Source: Mytilus trossulus (taxonomy: Eukaryota). Taken from it: 64,000 bases of DNA. Below, piece by piece: positions 27,801 to 49,512 of the stretch (the first letter of the stretch is position 1; each line of letters begins with the position of its first letter). Where the stretch lies: the NCBI RefSeq assembly GCF_036588685.1, contig NC_086379.1, positions 68,758,001-68,822,000 on the forward strand. The letters run 5' to 3'. The notes beneath the pieces were generated by a model. That model was not told the DNA's origin. It was given only the letters and a program-made list of their open reading frames with translations, and ran no database searches. The translations under genes and the position numbers were made by a program.

Positions 27801-28363
27801 ATTACATACAAAAATCTGAGTAATCGATACCTTCATGTAATCGATTATTAATCGATTACATTTGTCAGTAATCGTGCCCATCCCTGCAATTAATGCATTT
27901 TGGGTGTCTGTGGAGTGGGTTCTTCAGACACATCACATATTTTAAGACTTACCGTAAGTTATTTATTTTAAAATGAAAATTTCAATGTAGGATTAAAACT
28001 ACAGTTTGATTGATTAATATTAGATATTAGGTTCAGTTCATATAACTATTTGGTTTGCCTTGCTATTATAGTAGAGGAACATTGATGCTTTCATCTGTTC
28101 TTATCAGATAAAAATTTTGGTTTGTTTGTTAAAGGTTTTGGGTAAAGTAATTGGTGCTCAGGTCAACATGAACACACAGAAAATTCTCTGTTACTTAATG
28201 AGTCTCTATCTAATACATACATGAATATGAAAAGTTTGAAACAGATTGTTTCAAGATGAAGCTTATTGTATTACTATATTGCGATTTGCCACATATCACC
28301 TTAAGAAGTTAATATTTTCTTTATTTTTCAGAGAACAGATTTAAGAATTTGGAGAGGAGATAG
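12883..28363 (+). CDS. BLOC1S2: BLOC-1 subunit 2; exons 12883-12898 (tentative), 15438-15536, 17007-17126, 21980-22084, 28332-28363 (about 123 aa)
   Basis: Spliced product ...[39 protein letters not shown]...[42 protein letters not shown] matches the BLOC1S2 family. All introns are phase 1 GT-AG. The 16-nt first exon (MNQSE) is inferred from phase and position only. Confidence 0.88.
13221..13704 (+). mobile_element. Miniature non-autonomous LTR retrotransposon (TRIM) with tRNA-like sequence in the LTRs (Helenus-like)
   Basis: Two 182-bp TG...CA LTRs (13221-13402, 13523-13704; 4 mismatches), PBS TGGCGCCCAAC at 13404, PPT GAGGTGGGGGAAG before the 3' LTR, 4-bp TSD CATG; A box TAGCTCAGTCGG and B box GGTTCGAGTCC in the LTR. 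Confidence 0.93.
15438..15536 (+). CDS. BLOC1S2: BLOC1S2 exon 2
   Basis: TTTAAG acceptor, GTAAGA donor; [12 protein letters not shown]. Confidence 0.85.
15835..16445 (+). mobile_element. SINE-like retroposon with (CAAT)n tail
   Basis: GC-richer body ending in AAGCAACCAACAATCAATTAATCAATCAATCAATCAATC; a reverse tail fragment recurs at ~63620-63660; 5' limit approximate. Confidence 0.55.
16712..16865. mobile_element. CAG-ended MITE with 5-bp TSD (ACTCT)
   Basis: CAGGGGCAGATCCAG ... CTAGATCCGCGCCTG. Confidence 0.8.
17007..17126 (+). CDS. BLOC1S2: BLOC1S2 exon 3
   Basis: [12 protein letters not shown] motif; TTTTAG acceptor, GTAAGA donor. Confidence 0.9.
17784..20051 (+). mobile_element. Helentron-like non-autonomous element with about 4.3 tandem ~500-bp units
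   Basis: 5' TTTTTAGCTCACCTGGCCGAAAGGGCCAGGTGAGC hairpin, units starting ~17868/18370/18871/19372, 3' AGGTGAGC and AGGCT...AGCCT palindrome. Confidence 0.85.
20053..21823 (+). mobile_element. Second head-to-tail copy of the same Helentron-like family (about 3.3 units)
   Basis: Same termini; units at ~20125/20628/21130. Confidence 0.85.
21980..22084 (+). CDS. BLOC1S2: BLOC1S2 exon 4
   Basis: [32 protein letters not shown]; CTTAG acceptor, GTAAGT donor. Confidence 0.92.
22128..23712. mobile_element. TIR MITE containing a nested, diverged Helentron-like copy (~22240-23577)
   Basis: Outer TIR ATGAGGGTGGTAAAGGG / CCCTTTACCACCCTCAT; inner TTTTAGCTCACC ... GGTGAGCGATTCAGGCTCTTGAGAGCCT. Confidence 0.78.
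23785..27886. mobile_element. Non-autonomous hAT-like element (4.1 kb including nested insertions)
   Basis: TIR CAGGGATGGG / CCCATCCCTG, 8-bp TSD CAATTAAT, subterminal GTAATCGATTAC repeats at both ends. Confidence 0.88.
24675..27223 (-). mobile_element. Nested DNA transposon with MULE-like transposase relic
   Basis: Imperfect TIR GGTTCATTCCCTCTATTCCCAC / GTGGGAATAGGAGGAAGACACC, TSD CTCCATTG(G); minus-strand relic [24 protein letters not shown] at ~25260-25345. Confidence 0.7.
28332..28363 (+). CDS. BLOC1S2: BLOC1S2 last exon ([10 protein letters not shown])
   Basis: TTTTCAG acceptor, phase-compatible, resembles the family C-terminus. Confidence 0.8.
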
Positions 28364-31300
28364 CAGACATTCCATTTATGTTTTCCCACTTACTGTTAAC
28401 TTATGATATATTCATTATAAATAATTTGATTGTGCAATAGAATTTACATTAAATGTAATATAATACCTTGTGATAAATGCTATTTGTTCTGTATCTTGGC
28501 TGTTTCTAAGAAAAAATATTTATCATTCTTGCTTATTTGGTAGCATAAGGTTACAATTATAGAAGCAAACTTAATGTCCCATCACATATGTCAATTTACT
28601 AAATAATATTATCTTCTAAAGATATGAAACAAAATCTTTCAAAAGTTGAAGAAATGACATTTAATATTAAAACTGAAATATTTTGCCAGTATTTACATTT
28701 TCATCAATGATTATTCTCCACTGTTCAGGAAACATTCTAAGCAAACCGACCATTTGAGTCTCTGGTCCTTTTTTAGGCTAATTTTTGTTTGCAGATAAAC
28801 ACAGTTAACTGTCTAATAGTGGCGACATCTAGATTCTCTTAATAAATGAAAAATTCCTTCATTGATGTATTGCTGAAAGTTCTCTATTAAAAACATCAGT
28901 ATGTTAAAGAAAAGTTCATGAAATATGAAGTGCAGATTTTTGGTTCTTCTAAGACTTATAAACTTGGTTTTGCTTAATTATTTAATCAATCACTAGTTTC
29001 TTCCAAGGAGCAAAAATTGTTCTGGTCCTGTAGATTTTATGTCTACAGTGTATCCAGTGTTTCAAATCAACTTTTTTTAATGGGAACAACTATTCAGAAG
29101 TCCACTAGAAACTTTGTAAATTTATACAGCTCTTCTATGAGTAAAATGAGATGAGAGGTACATGTATATGTGCATGAGACAGCAACCAAACAGCACAAAC
29201 CAGGATGTTGGTTTTCTCATTTGATTTATATTTTTTGTATTTTGTCATTTCTTGGCACTTGATAATCAACAATACAGTATGTGTTTTGGACATTGTTGAA
29301 GGCTGCACAGTGATCTCTAGTTCTTTACATCAATTTCATTTCGACTAGTGGATATTTGTCGGCTTGGCAATCATACAAACTCTTATTTAATAGAGTGCAC
29401 ATAGTGAAATGTCTCCATCTGCTTTACTGATCTTGACTAAATTCTATGTGGAAAGTCTTTTAAGATCAAGGTTGGTTTACTGCAGGTATAATGTAAATTT
29501 TCAATGATCCATGGCATGCATAATTATTCTATACACCAAATAAGGTCAACTTTCCTAAGTTATCTGAAAAACATATAAATGCGAAAAAAATGGCTTGGAC
29601 CAATGTACCATTAAATTGAGGTCAATAAAGGATAAACCTTGCCAGACAGACATATACGACAAGCAATCATTCTATAAACTTCTAACCATTATGTATCTGT
29701 ATGCAAGACATTTATGTCTTTCAACTAGTTCAGCAAAATAGACTCCACTCAAAAATATGAAACATACAAATGATTATAAACAAAGGCTAGAGGTTTCAAC
29801 TTTGTATTAAACTATCCTGCAAGGCATTTTAAAACAGTTCTCAATCAAACATGATATTGTATATTTCGAAACTATGATGAGACCTTGATTTGGCAGACAA
29901 ACTTTCAGGCTTTATTCCAGACAAACCAATTGGTGGGTAACAAATACATTTAGAACCTCCAAGGTATTCAAAGACCAACAACCCAGTAATTCCCCACTAG
30001 CCAAGTTGTTTAATTTAAGTTCTTTGTCTAAGTCACTAGCCTCTCTAGTAAAATTGAAAGGGGGCATAATTTCAGCTGGCTCAACCAATTAAAACTGACC
30101 TACACAATGTAAACAACAGTACTTAAAGCTATCAGCAACCCTACTGACATTAAAAATGTTTCATTCACATTTTTTACCAATACCAAGTTTGGGCCTACAT
30201 TGCTGCATGCTTGATGTTACATGTTGACTAAGGAGTAGCTAATTCTTCCCTTTCATTGAAGCTAAGAAAACTTGATGAAAGTTTTCCTTGTACAAAACGT
30301 TTTGTAAGATTTTGTTTACATTTTTGGATTCAAAAAAACATTATAAATGCCTCAGACCAAATATAGAATAAAAGTTTGATGAAAGTTTTTACCCCATGTC
30401 TTTCTGAAAGACCAACAGACAATCATTTTGCTATGACCACACAGGTTAAAACCAAGTTTAGCTTTATGAGTATATCAATGTCCATGTAAATACAGAACCT
30501 CATATAAACAATGTAAACTTAAAATAATGTTCAAAGTGCAATGATGTATTAGATTCTTCAAATAGAAATAAAGACAACTCCACTCAATATATGTTTATTG
30601 GTACTCCAAATTCTATGAACCTAACACATACTGATAATAAGGAAAGGACTGTTTTTACTTATAATAAATGAAGAGGAAAGTTTGTGTTGGTCATTCAAAA
30701 CATTTTCAGCAATTCAAAAGTAAAATGAAGAAAATAAATATGTTTCAAAAAACCTTTAAAGTGAACTGAATGAAAAGATAGCTGCTGGGGTTCTTTTTAC
30801 ATAAAATTTATCTGAATTTATTCCTGAATGTTAATGAATTAAAACTATTTTTTTCATATGATTTTTTGGTGAAATAAGTTGCTGGAACTTAGATTTTTAT
30901 GCTGTTTTCATAAGACAGTTTTTCACCTGAGAACACTGAAACAGTCCTAGATCCTTCATCTTTCATAGATGCCATTTATAAAATGAAAATTGAGTAATAT
31001 GAGTTAGCATGGTGTTATAATAATGAAAGCAACAAAAATCAACTAATGTGTACATCAACAAAACAACTAAATGAAAAACAAACAGTAGGAAAATTAGACA
31101 AATATTCAGTAAAACTGTAGTTCATTGCAACTAATAAATTTAGTGGATCATAAAAAGAAACATATGAAAATTCAAATGTGGTAGTGCATATTGGTGTTAA
31201 CAGGAACTGCTGTTATCCTTAATAAACAGGGAATCACATTTCTCTAATTTTTGTGCTATTTTCACATTTCCTGACCGGTGTGAGAAAAATATTTCTCCTC

Positions 31301-31511
31301 ACTAGTGAAAAATCTGTTCTCGGCAAATGATTAGTCGAAATTTGATTATGACGTCAAAATGTTTTGTTTTCTTCTCAATTTTCCTATTGTGACGTCATCA
31401 AAAAAGGAGACCTTGGCTGATGACGTCGCATTAAAAGAGCACAATTTTCTGAATTTTTTTGTAAAAGAACGATAAAAAGCATTAGAGAAACAGATTCCAA
31501 CACTATAACTC

Positions 31512-31631
31512 GTGTATTACGATATTTCTCCACTCTCGACAGTTAAATTTTATTATTTAAAGGGCTCGGCAAGCCTCGCGCTTTAAATAATAAAATTTAA
31601 CTGTCTCGAGTGGAGAAATATCGTAATACAC
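31512..31631. repeat. Long near-perfect inverted repeat (hairpin, ~50-bp arms)
   Basis: GTGTATTACGATATTTCTCCACTCTCGACAGTTAAATTTTATTATTTAAAG ... CTTTAAATAATAAAATTTAACTGTCTCGAGTGGAGAAATATCGTAATACAC. Confidence 0.9.
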
Positions 31632-34100
31632 TTGTTGCAGTGTAAGAATCTATATTTAGCTTGCAATTGGGAGATGAGAAAATTTCAAGCTGTTCATATA
31701 ATAGTAATGTTAATTTTAAAATTAGTTAAAGGAATGATAAAAATATACATTCAAGTTTTCTATATAAAAAAAAACCAACAGATCAGCATTTGTTTTTCAT
31801 TGCATATGTTTAAATGTTCAGTATTGGTTTTTTTTCAGGGACATTTCCCTTTCCTGAAAGTTTTTAAAGAGCTAAAATTTGGTCTTAACATCAATAAAAC
31901 TTGAATTTGACCTTTTCTATTAACTGTTTTATCATTTGATAAACAGTTGGCTGATGATAATATAATGGGATTTTCTGTCTACTCGTTTGAACATGCCAAC
32001 AAAACACGGAACACGTTTTTTGAAGGTCTTCACTTTCTCACTCAATGGAAGTTTGTTCCAATGGATTTCAAATTTTGAGGAAGGGGTCTAACTGTCTAAC
32101 AATATCGTAACAGGAAATGATCAAATCAATAATGTACGATTGTCAGTAAAATGTTCTTTATCTTTTTTTTTGCATATCTTTGATTTGCATATGGCTTCAG
32201 ATGTACAAATGGGTTTTGAGTGATATAATGTCAGAATTCTGCCAAAAAATTAACAAATAAGCAATTTGGACTTCTAAAAGTGAATGCAGAAGTTCTATGA
32301 CTTATCATCTGGCTGTTATAACCAAGACATTCATGCATTGAATATTCTGCATCCAGAATGGATTTTGAATAAAGAATATATCTAGGCCCTTCATTTGTTA
32401 TACAGGTAAACAATAATTTCCCCGTTAAATATTGGAATTATCAGTCAAATTTGATAAAATGGCATAATATTTTATAAGACAAAAGATAAAATGTAATTCA
32501 CTCCATGACTTCAAAACATTTACAGACATGAACATTTTGATGCAGCAATTATTTCTATATCATAACATAGGAAGAAATGAAATACTAAGATTTCCAACAA
32601 AAATAAAAACAGATACAAAATGCTTCAGATCACTGTAACTGAAATCAAATTACAAAATTACAATTTCAAATGGTTGAATGACTGACATTAATTGAAAATA
32701 TGCAAATCAATTAAAATAAGATTGAAATTTTCAATATGAATGATCTTTTGTAACTATGAAGGGTGTTGTTACAGTTGAATAAAAAATGAAACTATTGCAA
32801 AGTCAAGGAAAAAAGTACCGGTAATTGGTAAAAACACACATGTCCCATCACTTACATAATAACATCATGATAATTGGTTAAAGTTATGTCACATACAAAA
32901 CAAATCATATCCCATAAAAAAAGGAAAATTTCAACATGATTTGACTGATTACCAAAGTTATTTTTAAACTTCTCAGTTTAAGTGGAACACACAAAAACTT
33001 TGTCTTATTGTATATAGTTAATGAAAAAGGACAACAACAAAAACTTTGTATAAATAAAATTTCTATGTTAGCTCAGCTAAACTTGTAATGAGTACAAATT
33101 TGTTTAAATAATTAACAATTGTATAAAAATTCAATTCTTAAGAAGAAAAAAACAAAAACAGGTTACTATGTAACTATCTTTATAATTTAAACAGTAAGGG
33201 GTCGTCTCAAAAGTTTACAAGAAATTTCTATACAACATATTGCTGGTTAGTATCACCTATAATTTCCATTTATATGGTTTCACATACACATGACAGGTTT
33301 TTAATGTCTTCCACTTTATTGGTTAAATCTTGCTTACAACAACAAAATTTTCTTAAACTTCTTTTTTTATAAAAGTTTCTAAAGTTTCTATTATTGATTA
33401 AATTTGTTAAGAAATAAGATGAAAAATTTTGAGACAATCCCTAAAATTTTCATGGTATAGTCAAACTTAACCATCATCACAGAAGTAATATTAACAACAC
33501 TATTAAAATCTACAACAAATAAACAACTTAATCAAATTAAAATTCAGGATTGTTCCACTAAAACATTATAAAGTACCCAAGAAAGATCACCCTTACACTA
33601 GGAGTATACACTACTGTTTTCTAGAACCCATCTAAAATTTAATGGTATCTGAAAGGATCATTTTATAATACATATGATATTGTTTCATATCATGAAGTAA
33701 CTAAATCAATGAAGATTTTTTAATGAGTAGCCCAGCATTAATGGGAAACATTTTTATGAATGATTTTGTGGTCTGGAAAACTTTTAATATGAATGAACGT
33801 GTGGTCCATTTCAAAGACCTTATAAAATCCTCATTCAGAAATAACAATTGTTATCTTTTCCTTTTGTCCATTAATTCTGACCTAGAAGACATGATATTTA
33901 AGACAAAAATCAACACTAGTGCATAATTTGTAAACACATCCAAACTTTGACCTGGAATTCTATAGTAGTACAACTCTTATAAACATATTTCTGTTGAACA
34001 ATCAACAATGAAACAATTCTTTCCATTAAAACAACATTCAAAAACATTTCTATAAACATCTATTACACCTATTTCTCCTTGGATGACCTTGCCCATCAGT

Positions 34101-43974
<9,874 letters not shown>

Positions 43975-45681
43975 ATTTATGCTTTATAATTGACCTACAA
44001 ATGCTGACATATACAATTATATTGTGTTGACACCGTAAACTTATTTGCAAGATCAGGCGAAGCTTGGCATCGACTTGCTTATTGGTCCTAAATTCAACTT
44101 CCGGGTGGATCCTAAATTGGGACGAAAGCTCCGAACAGCAAAGATTAAAACGCGGGTTATTTAAATTTATCTGATTACCAGCCTCGCGTTGCCTATAAAA
44201 AAAATTAACTCATAAGGGAACGACCATTTAACATCAAGGGGAATTGTATGGGTTTTCCAAAACAAACAAAATATTCTAGCTGATCCCCATTTTTTTATGG
44301 AGAGAAAAACTTGAATATGATTAAGCCAGAGACATAGACTAACACCTGAGACTACTATAACACATGTGTTATAGTAGTCTCAGCTAACACAGAACAACTT
44401 AACTTGACCACTGAACCATGAAAATGAAGTAAAAGTCAGATGAGACCTGCCAGTTGAAAATGCCCACCTTACACTGGTCGTTTCATACAACAAATCATAT
44501 GCAACTATTACAGTCATAATCACGTTCGATAACTCTGCATGTGACTGGTTCAATTAGGATTTTTATACTGGTTACCTGATGAATTATTTAATGAAAATTT
44601 AAAAATATATTTAGTGCACCTCGGTTTATATCCATTCGATGTCTTCTTTTATGAATATAAAATAGTATTGCAAAGAATTTCATTGATAATCGGACAACAC
44701 TAACCGGCATAGGTATTGTCAAAACATGCATCTACATGGGTATTGTCAAAACTTACATCGTGATTAGGTGCCATGTTTGTTTTCTTTGATCACGTTGATG
44801 TTATGACTTAATTAATATCTCTTTAATCTTGCTATGGCTATTCTTATAGTTACAATAACGTGTCATATTTAATTGCAATATAAACAGAGAAAATAAATTG
44901 AATTATGTGCATTAACAAAATAAGTGTCGAACATCCTCTACGTTTGAAAATTATTTGTTCGCCATTTTGCTAAATTTTATAAAAATTACAACAGCATGTT
45001 TAAGCTTGATAAAAAGGAACCAATGTTAGATAACATGCTGCTTTAAGGTAAGACAATGAATGAAAACGCGAGCATCCAACAGTTATTTAATTTTCATAGT
45101 AAAAATCGTACAAATAATATTTGACCATGTCGCCCCACGCTGTCAATCTGGTCGCCATCTTGGAAATAATAGCAGATTTTCTGAAAATAGCTTATTTTCA
45201 AATCAATTTGGAAGGGACATAATAGAAAATTAAACTATTCTATATACGATATTTCAAATATTTATGAATATAATAATAAGCACAAAGACCCACAATTATT
45301 CCATCTATTTTGTTTAAATCGCAATTTAAGGTTAAAGACGACAGAAAATCCAATATTTATCGTAGTTGTATGATTTAACAGTGTGAACTATCGAGGCAAC
45401 AAGACAAATTTTCAAAAGCATTTGGAAGGGAGAAGATCAAAATTTAAACTATTCCAAATGGAATATTTATATTTCTAAATATTTGAGGAATTACTACAAA
45501 GACCCACACTTTTAGTATCATGAACTTAAAGTAATGTATTTCATCGATTCCAGAAAGCCCCTATGCATTTCTATACAATTTACTTGGGCTTGATACGGGT
45601 GATGTGTGACGTCACAAAAGTCACGTGATGACTGCTATAGTTGGATATGATCAAATATAGTAGAACTGTTGCGTAAAGTAT

Positions 45682-48600
45682 CTGATACGGACAACCAAAA
45701 CTGAACCTACCCCCGGCTTGTTCACTCATGGCAAGTACCTACCCAAATTGAACTGTTTTTATACAAATGCAGACCAGCTATTTAACAAATTATCCGAATT
45801 AATAGTTAGAGCAAGGGATAATAAACCAAATATAATTGGAATAACAGAAGTTAAACCAAAGGTAAATAGGTACAAACCATCCAAGGCAGAATACTCACTA
45901 CCAGAGGTGGGAAACTATAAAATGTATGAGAAAAATTTAGACACAGATGATGGAAGAGGACTACTATTATATATAGACTCAAATCTTGAATCGACAGAAG
46001 TAAATATGGAAGCCCAATTCCAAGAAAACATATTTATTAAGATCAAACTTAACCAAAATGACAAACTATTGATAGGCCTAATATACAGATCACCATCAAA
46101 CAACAAAAAGGAGTATAATGATAAACTAACGGAATTAATATCAGAAGCAACTCAGAAAGGTTTTTCGCATATACTTATTATGGGAGACTTTAATTACCCA
46201 GCAATTGATTGGGAGAGATGGAACACAAAAGGAGAAAATGAAAATAGCATCGAAAACAGATTTTTAGAATCGATACAAGAAAACTTTCTATTCCAACATA
46301 CAACCAAACCAACAAGATGGAGAGGTACAGATACTCCGCATACCTTAGATCTGATATTGACGAACGAAGAAGAAATGATTAATAATCTAGAATACATGAG
46401 CCCTCTAGGAAAAAGTGACCACTGTGTACTGTCCTTTGACTTCAACTGTTATATAAACATAAAGAGCAAACCAAGAATAGCTAAGCTGTATGACCATGGG
46501 AACTACCATGATTTTAAAATAGAATTGGATAAGATAAGTTGGCAGGAAGAATTAAAAGATGACTTATCTGTTGACACAAACTGGAAATACTTTTTAACCA
46601 CTTTAAACGAATTAGAACAAAGATTCGTACCAACAACAAAAATGACACAAATAGGAAAGAAGAAAAACGCTTTCCCAGTTGACAAAAAAACAAGAGATTT
46701 AATTAAGAGGAAAAATATACTGTCAAAGAAAATTGTAACCAATCAAGACCCAGAAATTAGAGCTGAGTATAATAGAGTAAGGAATAAAACAAAATCATCA
46801 GTTAATAAACTAAAGAAGAAATTTGAAAAGGGATTATCAGAAAATGCAAAAACAAACCCAAAAGCAATATGGAGCTACGTAAAATCAAAGTCAAAAACAA
46901 GGGAAGGTATAGGCGACCTACACACTGACCCGGACGATACGAAATCTCCAAAAACAGATGACGATAAAGAAAAAGCGGAAATACTTTCAGAATATTTTGC
47001 TAGTGTATTTACACAAGAACCAGATGACGAAATCCCTGTACCAAATCCAATAAAAATTGAAAATGAAGTAACTGATCTAATTATCAACAAAGATATGATA
47101 ATGAAACACTTAAAAAACCTAAAGATTGATAAATCACCAGGTCCTGATAAACTACACCCCAGACTCCTTCGGGAAACAATGGAAAGTATAGTTGAACCCT
47201 TGAGCTTGATCTTTAACCAATCATTGAAAGAAAAGACAGTACCAAAAGAATGGAAGAATGCACTTGTAAGCGCTATATTTAAAAAAGGAAACAAATCGCA
47301 AGCAAAAAATTACCGCCCAGTGAGTCTAACATCAGTTGTATGTAAAATATTGGAGAAAATCATAAGAGAGCATATAATAAAGCATATGAAGCTAAACAGG
47401 TTATTCTCAAATAAGCAGTATGGGTTTATCTCTGGGAGATCAACCTCATTGCAATTACTAGAGGTAATTGACATATGGACAGAGGCGATAGACGACGGAT
47501 ATGAGGTAGATTGTGTATATACAGACTTCATGAAAGCATTTGATAAAGTTCCACACAAAAGGTTGCTAAAGAAAATCGAAAATTATGGAATAAAAAACCC
47601 AATACTAGATTGGATAAGAGATTTTCTTTCAAATAGACAACAAAGAGTCTCAATAAATGGTGAAGCATCGGAATGGAAGGAAGTAACCTCAGGTATACCA
47701 CAAGGCTCAGTTCTAGGACCACTCTTGTTTGTACTCTACATCAATGACTTACCGGAAGGAGTTAACTCAGATGCTTACTTATTTGCTGATGATACAAAAA
47801 ATTTTAGAATAATAAAGGAAGACAGAGACCACGAAACATTACAAAAGGATTTAGACAAACTAGAAAAATGGAGTGATATATGGTTACTCAAGTTTCATCC
47901 AGAAAAATGTAAACATATAAATATCAGCAAAAAATCAAACCAAGAGATTGAAAAATATAATCTACTAGGAAAAGATATAAGCAGATGCAAAGAAGAGAAG
48001 GATATAGGGGTAGTCATTGATGAAGAATTATCCTTTGAAAAGCATATATGTGAGAAAGTAAACAAAGCAAATTCAATCTTTGCGGCATTAAGAAGATCTT
48101 TCAAAAATCTAAATGCAGAAATCTTTATTCCATTATATAAAACACTTGTAAGAATACATCTAGATTACGCTAGTTCAGTATGGGCACCTTTTAAGAAAAA
48201 ATATATCGATAAAATTGAAAGTGTTCAAAAGAGAGCTACGAAACAAATACCTGGACTTAAAAACCTAAGCTACGAAGAACATGAAGAAAGACTAAAGAAA
48301 TTAAAATTACCAACACTAGCGTACAGAAGAATAAGAGGGGACATGATTGAGACTTATAAGATTATACACAATAAATATGACCCGGAAACTAGTACTTTCC
48401 TTAAATTAATGTCGAGTACAGAGAATAGACACAGTACAAGAACAAACAGTATTAAAATCATGCACCAAAGGTTTAATACTAGTCTAAGGAAAAATAGCTT
48501 TACGGTGAGAATAGCTAAAACCTGGAACAAACTACCAGAAAAAGTGGTTAAGGCACCGTCTGTTAATGCCTTTAAAAACAGACTAGACAATCATTGGAAA

Positions 48601-48750
48601 AATGAGGAACTATATTATTCTGATTACCGCGCAGTTATAACCGGAAGCAGCAGTAACAGTAATAATAATGACCTAATATATGAGTCTGGTGAAGAGGAGC
48701 CGTGAGGATCCTGTACCGGAAAACATCTTTAAGTATCTTTAAGTAAGTAT
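45682..48750 (+). mobile_element. Non-LTR retrotransposon (CR1-group LINE), 5'-truncated, intact APE-RT ORF
   Basis: Open frame 45718-48705; short 3' UTR ending in TTTAAGTATCTTTAAGTAAGTA; AAGTAT on both flanks. Confidence 0.92.
45718..48705 (+). CDS. LINE ORF2: apurinic endonuclease plus reverse transcriptase (995 codons, no stops)
   Basis: APE motifs GITE, YRSP, MGDFN, LDL, SDH; RT motifs KSPGPD, NYRPVSLTS, DFMKAFDKVPH, GIPQGSVLGP, FADD. Confidence 0.93.
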   Translation: MFTHGKYLPKLNCFYTNADQLFNKLSELIVRARDNKPNIIGITEVKPKVNRYKPSKAEYSLPEVGNYKMYEKNLDTDDGRGLLLYIDSNLESTEVNMEAQFQENIFIKIKLNQNDKLLIGLIYRSPSNNKKEYNDKLTELISEATQKGFSHILIMGDFNYPAIDWERWNTKGENENSIENRFLESIQENFLFQHTTKPTRWRGTDTPHTLDLILTNEEEMINNLEYMSPLGKSDHCVLSFDFNCYINIKSKPRIAKLYDHGNYHDFKIELDKISWQEELKDDLSVDTNWKYFLTTLNELEQRFVPTTKMTQIGKKKNAFPVDKKTRDLIKRKNILSKKIVTNQDPEIRAEYNRVRNKTKSSVNKLKKKFEKGLSENAKTNPKAIWSYVKSKSKTREGIGDLHTDPDDTKSPKTDDDKEKAEILSEYFASVFTQEPDDEIPVPNPIKIENEVTDLIINKDMIMKHLKNLKIDKSPGPDKLHPRLLRETMESIVEPLSLIFNQSLKEKTVPKEWKNALVSAIFKKGNKSQAKNYRPVSLTSVVCKILEKIIREHIIKHMKLNRLFSNKQYGFISGRSTSLQLLEVIDIWTEAIDDGYEVDCVYTDFMKAFDKVPHKRLLKKIENYGIKNPILDWIRDFLSNRQQRVSINGEASEWKEVTSGIPQGSVLGPLLFVLYINDLPEGVNSDAYLFADDTKNFRIIKEDRDHETLQKDLDKLEKWSDIWLLKFHPEKCKHINISKKSNQEIEKYNLLGKDISRCKEEKDIGVVIDEELSFEKHICEKVNKANSIFAALRRSFKNLNAEIFIPLYKTLVRIHLDYASSVWAPFKKKYIDKIESVQKRATKQIPGLKNLSYEEHEERLKKLKLPTLAYRRIRGDMIETYKIIHNKYDPETSTFLKLMSSTENRHSTRTNSIKIMHQRFNTSLRKNSFTVRIAKTWNKLPEKVVKAPSVNAFKNRLDNHWKNEELYYSDYRAVITGSSSNSNNNDLIYESGEEEP

Positions 48751-49092
48751 TTGTAGACCTCTTTGTATATTGCCAAATCCTTGTTCACTGCTTTATGAAA
48801 TGATCTGAAATGAGATCGAGGTCAAATGGAAACTGTCTGACGGACATGAACACCTTGTATAAAGATACGCACATACCAAATACAATTATCTTATTACTAT
48901 AAGAGAGAAATTAGCATTACAAAAAAACCAAGGATTTGTATAGTAAGACAAACTATACAAATCCTTGAAAAAACTTAGTCTTAACTTTTTTCAAGTAGTC
49001 ACTGAACCATAAAAACCATGTCAAGGACAATGGACATATGATATGACTTGAGACTATTATAGTTTAATAGTACCAAATATGACGGACTGAAA

Positions 49093-49248
49093 CAGAGGCG
49101 GATTTAGGGGGGCAGAGGGCCCGGCCCCCCCTTTTTCGGGAAAAAAATGGTTACTTATATAGGGAATCACTGAAGCGTGACTGAATCGGGCCCCCTCTTA
49201 GGTCAGTCAGTGAGCCCCCACTTATGAAAATTCCTGGATCCGCCACTG
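49093..49248. mobile_element. CAG-ended MITE with 5-bp TSD (TGAAA)
   Basis: CAGAGGCGGAT ... ATCCGCCACTG. Confidence 0.8.
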
Positions 49249-49512
49249 TGAAACTTCATGTCATAACTATTAAGCCATATCATAAGACATCTATAACTTT
49301 TTTCATACATTTCAAACGTTTTATTTCATTAACTGTTAATCTATTTATGAAAGAGGGACAAAAGCTACCAGAGAAATAGTCAAACTCATAGATTGAAAAT
49401 AAACTGACAACGTAATGGCTGAAATTAAAAAAATAAACAGAAAAATAATAGTGCACAACATAGAAAACTAAAGATTAAGCAACACGAACCCCACCAAAAA
49501 CTGGGACAGATC

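Noticed and set aside
44511-45634. Possible 1.1-kb TIR element (CAGTCAT...ATGACTG) upstream of macroH2A
   Set aside because: The inverted ends are short and imperfect with no clear TSD, so it is not called as a feature.
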